A stretch of 64,000 nucleotides of DNA, from positions 1 to 64,000 of the IMG/VR virus record IMGVR_UViG_3300035698_034576. One strand, 5' to 3'. This DNA is from a virus. This document shows, piece after piece, positions 19,694 through 29,702 of the stretch; the first letter of the stretch is position 1; every line of letters begins with the position of its first letter. The notes below the pieces were generated by a model. It did no database searches. It was given only the letters and a program-made list of their open reading frames with translations, and had not been told where the DNA came from. The position numbers and the translations under genes were made by a program.

Positions 19694-22600
19694 ATGATAT
19701 TTAAGACGAATTTGGCCAAAACGGTTTGGTCCTCAAAATACCGCTATGCTCAAGAATCTGAGCTGCAAACATTTAGAAGACTAGCCAAAGCAATGTCTTC
19801 AATTGAAGAAGACAAAGAGTATTGGGAAAAAAGATTTTTTGAAACAATGGTTAAATTTGTGGATAATAAACCACAAGGACTCAAGTGTACAACCGGTGGA
19901 AGAATCACAGCCAACTTAGGAACAAGATACAAAGGAGCTACTTTATTTAATTGTTACATTTCAGGAGAAGTCACAAATGCCCAAGTAAAATACAACAGAA
20001 CTCTTTCTAATGGAGAAGTGATAAAAGTCAGCTATAAAACCGACAAAGTAGGAGATGATATGAAAAACATCATGTTAACTCTTATGGAACAAACACTTAC
20101 TTTAAGTAAAGAGGGAGGTTGGGGTTCTAATTTCTCCTGGATTCGTCCAAGAGGAAGCCTTGTTGGAGGAGTCGGAGTTGAGCACCCTGGAGTTGTTAAG
20201 TTTCTTGAAATTTTTGATAAGACTTCAGAAGTAATTGTTGCTGGGAATAACGATGGCTACAAAGATCCTTTGGTGGACCGGTACAAAGAAATTCTTGATC
20301 TCAATGATAAAAGAGATAAGAAAAAGCAAAGTAGAAAGGGAGCCCAAATGGCAGTTCTAAATATTGACCATCCAGATATTCAAGAATTTATTACGGCCAA
20401 AGTAAAAGGGGGAAGATTGACAAAATTCAATTTGTCAGTAATGGTAACAGATGCCTTTCTTGATGCGGTTGAGAAGGATGAGCTCTTTGAATTAAAATTC
20501 AATGATGTTGTGTACAAAAAAGTTCTTGCGAGGGAATTGTATGACCTAATAATGAAGTCAACTTACAATAGAGCTGAGCCAGGAATTTTGTTCTATGACA
20601 ACATGCAAGGAAACAATCCATTGGCCTATCTGGGGGATGTAAAAGCTGTAAATCCATGTGTTGTTGGAGAAACTTTAGTCTTGACATCAATTGGTTGGGT
20701 AAAGTTTGAAAAGCTCTATTCCATGTTTATAGGTAAAAAGAAATTGCCAAAAATAATAACAAGAAACAAAGAAGGTAAACTTTTCAATTCTGATTTAAAG
20801 GAAGTCCTTTTGACAGAAAGGAACTCTCAATTGTTCAAAGTTTCTCTTGGCAATTCAGAGTTTTTGATTACAAATGGCGAGCATAAGTTTTATAAAAGTG
20901 ATTTTAGTGAAATTCAAGTTTCAGATATTTTTGAAAAAGTATTAAGAAACGTTTTCATTGTTTCTGGAGGAGAGGACGTTGAGATTTTAGATGTAGAAGA
21001 GTTGGGTTACAAAGAGGACGTTTATGACCTAACAGCAGAACCCAATTTTAATTTCTTTTCTCTTTTGAACAAAGAAGAACACATCAATGAGGAAAAAATA
21101 CTTTTAAATGATTCTGTAGAACTAGATTACTATTCCATTGTTAATACAAAAAATGGGCAAAGATTTGCGTATGATTTAAAGGAGGGAGAAGATAATTTTG
21201 ATAAAGCCCTTTTATTTAAAAAGTCTATTTTGAATGTTGACTGTGGAGAAATCCCGGGAAATACGGTATCATCAACAGTTTGCTTATTAGGATCGCTGAA
21301 TCTAACTCAATATGTAAATAAAAAAAGAGAGTTTAATTGGAAGGAATATGAAGAGGATATTGAGACGTTCACCAGGATGCTTGACAATATTAATGATTTG
21401 CACAAAAAAGATCTTCCAGCTTATTTATGGGCAGTTAAAAATGTAAGGCAATTTGGCATGGGTTTAAACGGATTTGGTTCTATGCTATATATGTTAGGTA
21501 TAGGATATAACTCCTCAGAAGCTGTTGAAATGGCTGAGAAGCTAAATAAAACAAAGCTTGAGATTGCTCTTAGGTCCTCAGCTTTACTAGCTAAAGAAAA
21601 AGGACCTGCTCCAGCATTTTCAGAAAAGTATTTTGAAACAAACTATTGGAATGTTTTCTTGAAAGGTAAGGTTTCTAAGAAAACCATAGATTTGATTAAA
21701 AAAAATGGCCTAAGAAACTTAAAGGTAACAACAAATCCCCCTTTAGGAAATTGTGTTTCTATTGATACAAAAGTTGTTACCGATAATGGAGTAAAAAAAC
21801 TAAGAGAAATATTCAATGAAAATAATGTAAATAGAGAAATTGAAGAAAATTGGAGCAAGTGCATATCTGAAACGAAAGTCTTGACTTTAGATGGTTGGAA
21901 AAAAATCAAAAATTTATATGTCAATAAAAAAACAGAGGGATTAAAAATAAAAACAGAAAAGAAAAATGCCATTTCTTGCACCAAAGCTCATAAACTTTTA
22001 GTTAAGATAAATGAGAAAGAGGCTGTTTGGAAAGAGGCTGGAGATATAAAAGAAGGAGACACTATTTTAGTTGTAAAAAGAGATGTTTTGAACAGAGACA
22101 ACAGAATAAAAGACTTACTTTTAAAAGGTGAAAAGTTTAGCTATAGCAAATTTACAATAGACGTTAAGTCTGTTTCCGACTTAAATTGCAAATTTTGTGG
22201 TAAACCCTTAAAGATTGGAAATCTTTCTAGAAAAAATAAATCATTTTTTAAAGTTAAAGGATGCCCATGTAAAGGGAAAAATAACAAGCTCCAGTTTCAA
22301 TCAGTGTTTGGAGAAAATAGCGAATTATATTTTCAATCTTATAGCCATAAAGGAAGACTAACCTTAGAATGGCATATTGAGAAATATGGAGAAAAAGAGG
22401 GAAAAAGAAGATATAAAAACCTTCTTAAAAAGAGTGACAGAAGCTTGGAGGGTTTTATAGGAAACTATGGAGTTAAAGACGGAGAAAAAAAATACAATCA
22501 ATTTCTAGACAAGCTCAGAGGAGACTCTCTAAAGAAGTTCATAAGGGCTCATGGGGAAGAGGTTGGAATAGAAAGACACAAGATGTTTATAGAAAAGGCC

Positions 22601-23248
22601 AAGAAAGGCTATTTTTCATTAGAATATTGGATTGGAGTTTGCGGTGGGGATGAAGCGTTGGCTAAGGAAAAGTACAAGAGCTTCCAAACAAAAAATCTTG
22701 TTTGGTACACAGAAAAATATGGTTCAGAAAAAGGATTAATAAAATACAAAAAAGTTTGTTCAAAACACAGAAGGCACAATAGACCATTGTGGTATATAGA
22801 CAATTATGGTGAAAAAGATGGTATTCGCTTATTGGATTTATTCTGCAAAAGAAGAGTTTTTGGAACATCTAAAGTAGCTTCTGATTTTTTTGAAAGACTG
22901 GAAAAGGAGATTGGTAAGAGTTGTGAGTATATGCCAAAATCACCTGAAAAACATATAACCTCTATTGAAAAAAATAGGGCTTATTTCATTGACTTTTATT
23001 GTCCTCATTATAACAAGGGGATCGAATTCAATGGGACTTTTTGGCATTTCTCAATAGAAGATGAGAAAAAAGAAGAGCCTAATCCTGTTACAAAATTAAC
23101 TCCATCTCAGACTAAAGAGATAGATGAAAATAAAGCAGAAACAATTGAAAAAACAATTGAACTTCTTACAATATGGGAAAAAGAACTAAAGGATGAAAGT
23201 AAATTAATGGAAAAGTGTATAAAATTTTTAAAAAATGGAAATAATTAA
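19694..23248 (+). CDS. nrdJ: class II ribonucleotide reductase, N-terminal part, with mini-intein and N-half of a split intein fused to an endonuclease
   Basis: GGRI, LFNCY, RKGAQM, HPDI, AEPG, NP|CGE, CLLGSLNL, GLRN. Confidence 0.93.
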   Translation: MIFKTNLAKTVWSSKYRYAQESELQTFRRLAKAMSSIEEDKEYWEKRFFETMVKFVDNKPQGLKCTTGGRITANLGTRYKGATLFNCYISGEVTNAQVKYNRTLSNGEVIKVSYKTDKVGDDMKNIMLTLMEQTLTLSKEGGWGSNFSWIRPRGSLVGGVGVEHPGVVKFLEIFDKTSEVIVAGNNDGYKDPLVDRYKEILDLNDKRDKKKQSRKGAQMAVLNIDHPDIQEFITAKVKGGRLTKFNLSVMVTDAFLDAVEKDELFELKFNDVVYKKVLARELYDLIMKSTYNRAEPGILFYDNMQGNNPLAYLGDVKAVNPCVVGETLVLTSIGWVKFEKLYSMFIGKKKLPKIITRNKEGKLFNSDLKEVLLTERNSQLFKVSLGNSEFLITNGEHKFYKSDFSEIQVSDIFEKVLRNVFIVSGGEDVEILDVEELGYKEDVYDLTAEPNFNFFSLLNKEEHINEEKILLNDSVELDYYSIVNTKNGQRFAYDLKEGEDNFDKALLFKKSILNVDCGEIPGNTVSSTVCLLGSLNLTQYVNKKREFNWKEYEEDIETFTRMLDNINDLHKKDLPAYLWAVKNVRQFGMGLNGFGSMLYMLGIGYNSSEAVEMAEKLNKTKLEIALRSSALLAKEKGPAPAFSEKYFETNYWNVFLKGKVSKKTIDLIKKNGLRNLKVTTNPPLGNCVSIDTKVVTDNGVKKLREIFNENNVNREIEENWSKCISETKVLTLDGWKKIKNLYVNKKTEGLKIKTEKKNAISCTKAHKLLVKINEKEAVWKEAGDIKEGDTILVVKRDVLNRDNRIKDLLLKGEKFSYSKFTIDVKSVSDLNCKFCGKPLKIGNLSRKNKSFFKVKGCPCKGKNNKLQFQSVFGENSELYFQSYSHKGRLTLEWHIEKYGEKEGKRRYKNLLKKSDRSLEGFIGNYGVKDGEKKYNQFLDKLRGDSLKKFIRAHGEEVGIERHKMFIEKAKKGYFSLEYWIGVCGGDEALAKEKYKSFQTKNLVWYTEKYGSEKGLIKYKKVCSKHRRHNRPLWYIDNYGEKDGIRLLDLFCKRRVFGTSKVASDFFERLEKEIGKSCEYMPKSPEKHITSIEKNRAYFIDFYCPHYNKGIEFNGTFWHFSIEDEKKEEPNPVTKLTPSQTKEIDENKAETIEKTIELLTIWEKELKDESKLMEKCIKFLKNGNN
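20657..21241 (+). mobile_element. mini-intein (195 aa) ending in Asp
   Basis: VNP|CVVGETLV...GEHKF...VYDLT...ILNVD|CGEIP. Confidence 0.85.
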
Positions 23249-23375
23249 TATTGAAAATTTAGATTTGCAGGAGGAAGTTGTTGTCTCTATTTCAAAAACA
23301 TCTTTGAAAACGTTTGATATTGAAGTAGAAGATAATCATCACTATATTTTAGCAAATGGAATAATTTCGCATAAC
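21752..23375 (+). mobile_element. split intein with PD-(D/E)xK-type endonuclease
   Basis: PLGN|CVSIDT...CTKAH...IDFY...IEFNGTFWH...stop 23248; IntC MEIIN...FDIEV...SHN|SS at 23235-23375 in another frame. Confidence 0.88.
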
Positions 23376-24458
23376 TCTTCTGTTCTATGTGATAATATAT
23401 CAAATGGACTAGAACCTGTTTTCATGCACAATTATAATCGCACCCACATTACAGAAGGCTGGCCAAAAGATTATACAGAAGAGGATTTGATGAAAAAATT
23501 AACAAAGAAAAAAGTTGGGGGGACTGATGTTTGGGAAGGAGAAATAAACGGAGAAATTTATTATTATGAGCCCCATAACCGAGGCCTCTGTAAAATTGAA
23601 ACGGTTTATGATTATGGCTATAATTGGGTAAGAGAAAACTATCCTCAAGACCTGAAAGAGAACAAGCCTTATTTAATTACAACAAACGACCTTTCTGTCA
23701 CTGACCACTTAAACGTTCAAGAAGCCTTTCAAAAGTACATTGACCAAGCTGTTAGTAAAACTATCAATATTCCCAAAAATTATCCTTTTGACGAATTCAA
23801 AAAGATTTATATTGATGCTCACAAAAGAGGTTTGTTAGGTCTCACAACCTATAGAGACGGAACAATGGAATCAGTTCTCTCTAAGATAGAGGAAAGTGAG
23901 GATTTGAAAAAGGACAGATCCGTAATTAAAAACGTAAAACTCCCAAACAAATTTGTCAATGGACCTTGTGAAGTTATAAAAAGAGAGAAGCAAAAGTTTT
24001 ACATTCACTTTTCATATCTTATAGAGGACACAAAGAGAAGCTTTCCAATAGCTATTTGGATACAAAGCAATCAAAAACCTCAAGGAGAAGCTAAATATGT
24101 AAACAGAGCTCTGAAGTCTATTGAGATTTTGCTTACTGACTTTGGAGTTCCGGAAGAAGAGGTTGAAAAACTAGAGATGAAATACAAAGAGGACTATCCT
24201 TACAACAAATTAGCAAAAGCCATTTCAATGAGTTTGAGGCACAATTTGCCAATCAAAAATATAGTTCATTCTTTAGAAAACCTTGAGGGAGACACAATAT
24301 CAAGTCTATTAACAGCAATAAGAAAATTCTTATCAACTCACATTGCAGATGGTGAATCTGTATTAGATGGACTTTGTGACTCTTGCGGAGGAACTAACGT
24401 TGTTTATGAAGGAGGTTGTTCAACTTGCAAAGATTGTGGCAGCACTCAATGCGGGTAG
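23235..24458 (+). CDS. nrdJ: class II ribonucleotide reductase, C-terminal part with IntC
   Basis: SNGLEP, QKYIDQAVSKTIN, GLTTYRDG, terminal CxxC...EGGCxxCxxCG. Confidence 0.93.
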   Translation: MEIINIENLDLQEEVVVSISKTSLKTFDIEVEDNHHYILANGIISHNSSVLCDNISNGLEPVFMHNYNRTHITEGWPKDYTEEDLMKKLTKKKVGGTDVWEGEINGEIYYYEPHNRGLCKIETVYDYGYNWVRENYPQDLKENKPYLITTNDLSVTDHLNVQEAFQKYIDQAVSKTINIPKNYPFDEFKKIYIDAHKRGLLGLTTYRDGTMESVLSKIEESEDLKKDRSVIKNVKLPNKFVNGPCEVIKREKQKFYIHFSYLIEDTKRSFPIAIWIQSNQKPQGEAKYVNRALKSIEILLTDFGVPEEEVEKLEMKYKEDYPYNKLAKAISMSLRHNLPIKNIVHSLENLEGDTISSLLTAIRKFLSTHIADGESVLDGLCDSCGGTNVVYEGGCSTCKDCGSTQCG

Positions 24459-24537
24459 CATCAACAAAAGTTTTTAGATGAATGAATTCTTATTATTTTT
24501 ACTAAGTAATTTCAAACACAAATAATTAATATCAAAA

Positions 24538-24951
24538 ATGAAAGAAGAAAAAGAAGAAGAGAAGACTGTCAAAGGTCCAGAAACAAAGTCCGCAAGAATC
24601 ACTATTGAAAAGATCGAATTGAAAAAAGAAGATTTTTTAATAGGTGAGGAAAGAGCAAAAAGCTACATAAAGGCAATAAGACAGCACCTAGGAGAAAAGT
24701 TTACAATTTACAAGTTGCAAGAGAAGCTGAGACTTACTTTCAATGAGACAGAGCAACTACTGCAAGTGCTTGATTCTTTGGGTTTAGTAAGAAAAGAAGA
24801 AAAGAAATTTGTCTTAATGAAAAATGAGAAACAGAGGCTTGATTTTCTTGAACAAAGAAGTGAATTTATGAAAGCTCAGGCTGTTCGATTCTTAGAGAAT
24901 AGAGAATATTTTCTTCAACTATCAGATCACATCAAAAACAATGGCAAATAA
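24538..24951 (+). CDS. hypothetical protein, possible winged helix
   Basis: ORF after class II promoter at 24475. Confidence 0.65.
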   Translation: MKEEKEEEKTVKGPETKSARITIEKIELKKEDFLIGEERAKSYIKAIRQHLGEKFTIYKLQEKLRLTFNETEQLLQVLDSLGLVRKEEKKFVLMKNEKQRLDFLEQRSEFMKAQAVRFLENREYFLQLSDHIKNNGK

Positions 24952-25093
24952 AACAAACTGGATTCACGAAAGTTGTCAAAAGCACAAAAAAGCGGAAGTA
25001 GTGCTAAAAGAGGAAAAGAAAAAGAGAAAAGAGAAAACTTACCGCCTTGTCCAGGTTGACAGTAAAACCTGGAAAGAGGTGGAAGATGTTTGA
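24941..25093 (+). CDS. 50-aa basic hypothetical protein
   Basis: MANKTNWIHESC...KTWKEVEDV*; below ORF-track cutoff. Confidence 0.6.
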   Translation: MANKTNWIHESCQKHKKAEVVLKEEKKKRKEKTYRLVQVDSKTWKEVEDV

Positions 25094-25140
25094 CCTCTAA
25101 AAAATTAAATCTTAAAAAATTAAATCTTAAAAATTAGCCG

Positions 25141-25650
25141 ATGAACCCAATAGAAATGATAGAAGAGCTCTTCAAAAAAAACCTTGAAATCATAATAAAA
25201 AAGAATTCTGATTATTCATTATTGGATGCAGAATCATTTTTTAGAAACTTTATCTCTTCAGCCGAAGTAGCAAAAATTTCAACAGAAAAAGGAATGATTG
25301 TCAGAATGATGGACAAAATCAACAGAGCATCAAATCTTCTTGAAAAAGAAAGGAGTGTCAAAGATGAAACAATAGATGACACCCTTAGTGATTTAGTTAA
25401 TTATGCAGCTCTTCTACATACATTTGTAATGTGGGATAGAAAGAAAAAAGAAAGAGAAGAAGTAAGGACTGGAGATTCTTCTCTTGATTATAAAATTCCA
25501 ACTTTTGAAGCCGCGGTGGATTATGTAAACAAACAACTTGATGCTGACAAAAGGGATAAAATGAAAGAGTTACTATATATGACACCTCCTCCAATTATTA
25601 GGTATGGAGGAATTTGTAAAAATGAGCTAAAAGATATTGAAGAGAAATAG
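25141..25650 (+). CDS. DUF1599 / nucleotide modification-associated domain protein
   Basis: KKNSDY...RMMDKINR...DETIDDTLSDLVNYA. Confidence 0.75.
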   Translation: MNPIEMIEELFKKNLEIIIKKNSDYSLLDAESFFRNFISSAEVAKISTEKGMIVRMMDKINRASNLLEKERSVKDETIDDTLSDLVNYAALLHTFVMWDRKKKEREEVRTGDSSLDYKIPTFEAAVDYVNKQLDADKRDKMKELLYMTPPPIIRYGGICKNELKDIEEK

Positions 25651-25667
25651 ATTAACAATAAGGAATC

Positions 25668-26483
25668 ATGATAGAATACAAATTGATAAAAAAGTTACTT
25701 TTTGAACATAGCCCACAAATTGACTTCATTTCTCAACCAAAAGATGATAAAATGCATTATTGGAATCACTGTTGGTTTAATCCTGAAGAATACTCTGAGT
25801 TTTGGGAAAAAGTAGTTAAAAGTCCTTATGAAGTTTTGCAAGTACAAGATTTTAATGGATATGTTCACAATCTTACTTACCCTATTTTTACAGGCTCTTT
25901 AAAAAAATATGCTAATATCATTTCAGTAAAAAGGGCAAGGGATGGAGAAGTTTTTTCTGTTGGAGATATTGTTTCTGCTACAGATAACCCATATTTCGAT
26001 GGAGAAAACTATATAGAGAAATCTTCTGGAAAATGGAAAAAGGAATACTATTCCACAAAGATAAAATCATTTAAACTTATTGAACAAGGAGTGGTTTGTA
26101 TTTTTGACGAAGGAGTTGAGAAGTATGGACAACTACTCGATCATGTAGAGAAGAAGGAAAGAAAACTTTTATTTAAAGCGGAAGATGGAGTGGACATTTT
26201 TGAGGGAGATGAGTGGTTTTCTCTTCACACAGATTACAACGATGGGTTGAATTTTCATGAGCCTATGGAAATAATTAGGGATAAAAAAGCTTTTCTAAAT
26301 CTATCTAACGAGCACATCAAAAGATTTTCAACACAAGAAGCTGCAGAGAAATATATTTTAATGAATAAAAAAGCCTTGTCAATAAATGATTTTTTATGCA
26401 TAATAGGGGACAATTCTCCTCTTTTTAAAGATGAATTAATAAGAAGAGCAGAGGTAAGGATTAAATTAAACACAAAAAAATAA
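25668..26483 (+). CDS. hypothetical protein
   Basis: 271 aa ORF; SVKRARDGEVFSVGD and EDGVDIFEGD segments. Confidence 0.75.
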   Translation: MIEYKLIKKLLFEHSPQIDFISQPKDDKMHYWNHCWFNPEEYSEFWEKVVKSPYEVLQVQDFNGYVHNLTYPIFTGSLKKYANIISVKRARDGEVFSVGDIVSATDNPYFDGENYIEKSSGKWKKEYYSTKIKSFKLIEQGVVCIFDEGVEKYGQLLDHVEKKERKLLFKAEDGVDIFEGDEWFSLHTDYNDGLNFHEPMEIIRDKKAFLNLSNEHIKRFSTQEAAEKYILMNKKALSINDFLCIIGDNSPLFKDELIRRAEVRIKLNTKK

Positions 26484-26485
26484 AA

Positions 26486-26680
26486 ATGGCACAAGAGGAA
26501 ACATTCATTGTAAAAGTAAAAGCGTCTTACAACATGACAGAAGAAGAACTCCTAAAAGAAGTTTTGATGGGGGAATATAGTCTGAACACAAAAAGCCGAT
26601 TGAGATTCAACTTTGAGCATGTCAAGAAAAGGCCAATAGAAGAAAAAAAAAGGGGTTACAGCTTCAATTGTAAAAAATGA
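26486..26680 (+). CDS. hypothetical protein
   Basis: ORF in operon. Confidence 0.55.
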   Translation: MAQEETFIVKVKASYNMTEEELLKEVLMGEYSLNTKSRLRFNFEHVKKRPIEEKKRGYSFNCKK

Positions 26681-26804
26681 AGAGTAAGCAAAAGCCCCAA
26701 GAAAAGGATAAAAGCTTGAGTTGTCCAGTTAGAAAAGACTGTTTATTGTTTATAGGAAAAATAAAAGATTGCTCTAGATGTAATTATTACAAAAAGAAAA
26801 TAAA

Positions 26805-27014
26805 ATGAGTTTCATAAAAAGACTAAAAGAAGAACATTTTCAACTAGAGGAAAAAGTAATTAAACTCTCTTCCTTTTTGTTGTCAGAAAAATCAAACGAA
26901 ATAAGTGAGTTCCAACTAACAATGCTTAAAATTCAGATATTGTCAATGTCAGCCTATTTGACTTGTCTTGAGTCAAGAATTTTGGATCTTGGAAAAAATG
27001 ATGATTCAAAATAA
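26805..27014 (+). CDS. small coiled-coil protein, crAss001_48-like
   Basis: RLKEE..QLEEK..KL..FL...Q...M..YL..L..RI pattern. Confidence 0.6.
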   Translation: MSFIKRLKEEHFQLEEKVIKLSSFLLSEKSNEISEFQLTMLKIQILSMSAYLTCLESRILDLGKNDDSK

Positions 27015-27053
27015 TAGCATAACATCAAGGGGGCACAAGCAGTTATGTAAAAA

Positions 27054-27329
27054 TTGCTGAGTGTTTCATTCACGCTTAATTCAGATTTAAAGCCAATGGA
27101 AAAAGAATTAGAGGATCACTACAAAGTAAGATTGTTTTGTTTTTTATGTAAGAAAGACTTTACTGTTCTAATTAAAAAAGGAACTCCAATAAGAGAGGAC
27201 AGAGCTTTACTAACTGTATCCTACAGGGACCATGATACCAAAACCTCCTGGGATGAAAATATAGAGTGTCCAATATGTGGAAATACCACTCCTATTATTA
27301 TAAGCTTAAAAGACGAAGAGAAAGAATAA
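27054..27329 (+). CDS. zinc-finger protein
   Basis: CFLC...CPIC; true start may be internal MEKEL. Confidence 0.6.
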   Translation: MLSVSFTLNSDLKPMEKELEDHYKVRLFCFLCKKDFTVLIKKGTPIREDRALLTVSYRDHDTKTSWDENIECPICGNTTPIIISLKDEEKE

Positions 27330-27441
27330 ATGAGAAAAACTGAGAAGATAAGATAGCAAAACAAATCTATAGCAAAAATATTACTTGTTTATTATAAAGA
27401 TTTATTATCTTTATCTTTACAGCTTATTATAAAATAACAAA

Positions 27442-28602
27442 ATGTCAGCAAAAGAAGTACATATATCAAAGTATGGAATAGAAAACGTAGATAAAAATGG
27501 AAACATAATCTACCCCGTAAAAGTTCAAAATAAAGAAGCTTATAGAGAATGGTTATCCTATGACAAAGAATACAAAGAACTAAGTAAAAACAAGCTCTTG
27601 AAGACCTCCCAGGGCTTTACAGTAAATATCGCTGCGGTCAAATTAGGAAAGATTCATAGAGAAATAGTAGACCTTTCAATAGAAGAAAAAAGATCCATCT
27701 TAAAAAAGTGGAAAGAGTTCCAAAGCACCAAAGGCAAAAAGCTAGCCTCATTTAGAAAAGCATTTAGAGAAATTTCCTCACAAGTACCTGTCCCTCATTC
27801 AGATGTGCTAAAAGAGAGAGAAGTAGAGGTAATTGACTTGTTCTCAAAGCTTTACAGCGTGGATGAAGTGTGGAAGATACTACATAACCAGCTGGGTATC
27901 AGAACTTCCAAGCAAGCAGTGCTTACTTTTAGAAACAAACATGCTGAGGAAATAAGAATATCTCAAGAAAAGTACAAAGAGAGCTTTGATGGTATCAGGC
28001 TGGTACACAAGCGATCACGTCTTGAAGAGCTCTTAGATTTATATAACGATAGAAGGTCTATCTACATAACTAGCAGGAATCAAAATGATTACAGACTTTT
28101 GCTTCAAACGCTTGAACAGGTAAGAAAGGAAGTGGAGGGAGACAGAGTTACAGTAGATGCCAGCTTACAAGTCAGGATAGAGCACACAATAAGTAATAGA
28201 CAAGAGGAAATGCTTAAGGAATTGCCCATTAAGACTATGGTTATCAGTTTAGTAGCAGGTAGATTGGGAATAAATCCTCTTCAGTTGTTAACAAGATTGA
28301 CCAAAAGCTACTATTCAAGATTCAATGGTATGGCTGGATCTACCGCCACTTTCAATTCCTCAGACATTACATATCCCTCCCAAATAGTCTATAACCTAGA
28401 AGAAATCAGTGCTCTGAGTATTGAAAATACAAAAAGGGACAATGATTTAACTGATTATGAGGAACTTACTGATGAAGAGGCTTTAAACTTTATGGATGCT
28501 AAAGAAAGTTTACTCAGCAAGCTTAGAAAAAAGAAGAAAGATTTAAAGGCCAGAAAAGACAGTGTTGAGGTAATCTCTGACTCCCTGTTTAAAGATAAGT
28601 AA
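27442..28602 (+). CDS. putative terminase small subunit-like (DUF2280-like) protein
   Basis: HTH-like region then KRSRLEEL...LEQVRKEVEG. Confidence 0.45.
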   Translation: MSAKEVHISKYGIENVDKNGNIIYPVKVQNKEAYREWLSYDKEYKELSKNKLLKTSQGFTVNIAAVKLGKIHREIVDLSIEEKRSILKKWKEFQSTKGKKLASFRKAFREISSQVPVPHSDVLKEREVEVIDLFSKLYSVDEVWKILHNQLGIRTSKQAVLTFRNKHAEEIRISQEKYKESFDGIRLVHKRSRLEELLDLYNDRRSIYITSRNQNDYRLLLQTLEQVRKEVEGDRVTVDASLQVRIEHTISNRQEEMLKELPIKTMVISLVAGRLGINPLQLLTRLTKSYYSRFNGMAGSTATFNSSDITYPSQIVYNLEEISALSIENTKRDNDLTDYEELTDEEALNFMDAKESLLSKLRKKKKDLKARKDSVEVISDSLFKDK

Positions 28603-28759
28603 TTTTCTTGTGTTTACCGGGTGGGAAGGGGAGACTAATTAGCTAGTATATAAGCTTTTATGATTTTGCTAAAAATGAATAATTTGCCATGTGAAATATT
28701 TTTTAGATGAATTAATCCCCTTTATATTTACTCTATAATTAATTCAAACACAAACTACT

Positions 28760-28983
28760 ATGAAATTTCAATAAAATTAGAGTACAGGGACAAAGTTTAC
28801 ACTTCAAATCACATAGAGGTCACCAAATTCAAAGAGTGTTACTTAGCGAATTTAATCCAAAAAATTGCAAAAGGAGAAATTGCATTTTTCACCTTTAAAA
28901 AAGACAACCAAAAATATTTCTTTGGAGCAAAGATTCTAGAAGAATCCATCATAACTATTTCCTCTACCCCTACGGAGGCTTGA
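28760..28983 (+). pseudogene. frameshifted hypothetical gene
   Basis: ATG AAA TTT CAA TAA; -1 frame open 28771-28983; class II promoter upstream. Confidence 0.6.
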
Positions 28984-29010
28984 AAGTATACCATTCCAAA
29001 ATAAAAAACT

Positions 29011-29412
29011 ATGTTAAAAATATTAGAAGAGGTTGCGGCTCGCAGGTTAAAAGAGAATTCCCCAAATAAAGTTATTCAGCTTTCAAAATTCCTAATGGAT
29101 AGGGCAATGGAAGACCTTAATAAAAATATGAGCTTAGGAGGGACTCAGTCTTCAGTTGAGTTGAGCAATTTGAAGTTAAACTTTTTTGATGAGGTTTGGG
29201 AAATAAAAAATAGGGCCTATCGTGACGACACATCAGATGATGATGTTCAAGAAGTGCTGTATGAATTTGCTCACAAAGACTTGCCCCTCCCACTGTCCGA
29301 AATAGTCAACCATAAGCCTCCCCGACCACTTGAATGCTGGATAAAAGCAAGAGAGTTGGACTGTGCAGAGTATATCCAGTGGCATTTAGAGAAAGAGAAA
29401 GACAATAAATAA
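29011..29412 (+). CDS. hypothetical protein
   Basis: ORF. Confidence 0.65.
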   Translation: MLKILEEVAARRLKENSPNKVIQLSKFLMDRAMEDLNKNMSLGGTQSSVELSNLKLNFFDEVWEIKNRAYRDDTSDDDVQEVLYEFAHKDLPLPLSEIVNHKPPRPLECWIKARELDCAEYIQWHLEKEKDNK

Positions 29413-29421
29413 TCCAGCAAT

Positions 29422-29670
29422 ATGAAAACAGAATTTTTCCCAATGAGCCACAGGCCGGACGTTGACCCAAACGACCACGAAAATACTCAAACCGTAATAA
29501 TCTTCGATGAAGATTTATTATATTATGACTTCGGGTTCTTCCATTTTGATGATGATGAATGGTATATTTTAGGCGGGATGGCATTTGAGATGAAGTGCTG
29601 GTGTTATGTTCCCAAGCCAATAAATATTAGCTTAAAATGGGCACTTGTCAAACATTTTGGGTATAGATAA
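29422..29670 (+). CDS. DUF551-like small protein
   Basis: FFPMSHRP...W...WCYVPKP. Confidence 0.5.
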   Translation: MKTEFFPMSHRPDVDPNDHENTQTVIIFDEDLLYYDFGFFHFDDDEWYILGGMAFEMKCWCYVPKPINISLKWALVKHFGYR

Positions 29671-29702
29671 TCAAATTACGTTGAATTTTAACCCTTAAAA
29701 CA

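Noticed and set aside
21857-21920. Nested second intein start (CISETKVLTLDGW) in the RNR IntN
   Set aside because: Only one block B and one C-terminal motif are present; fits internal HINT symmetry.
25098-25136. 15-bp tandem repeat TAAAAAATTAAATCT
   Set aside because: Low complexity, about 2.5 copies; likely slippage.
27022-27058. GCATAAC...GTTATGT as another collapsed attC-like site
   Set aside because: No complementary partners found at the far ends of the flanking genes.
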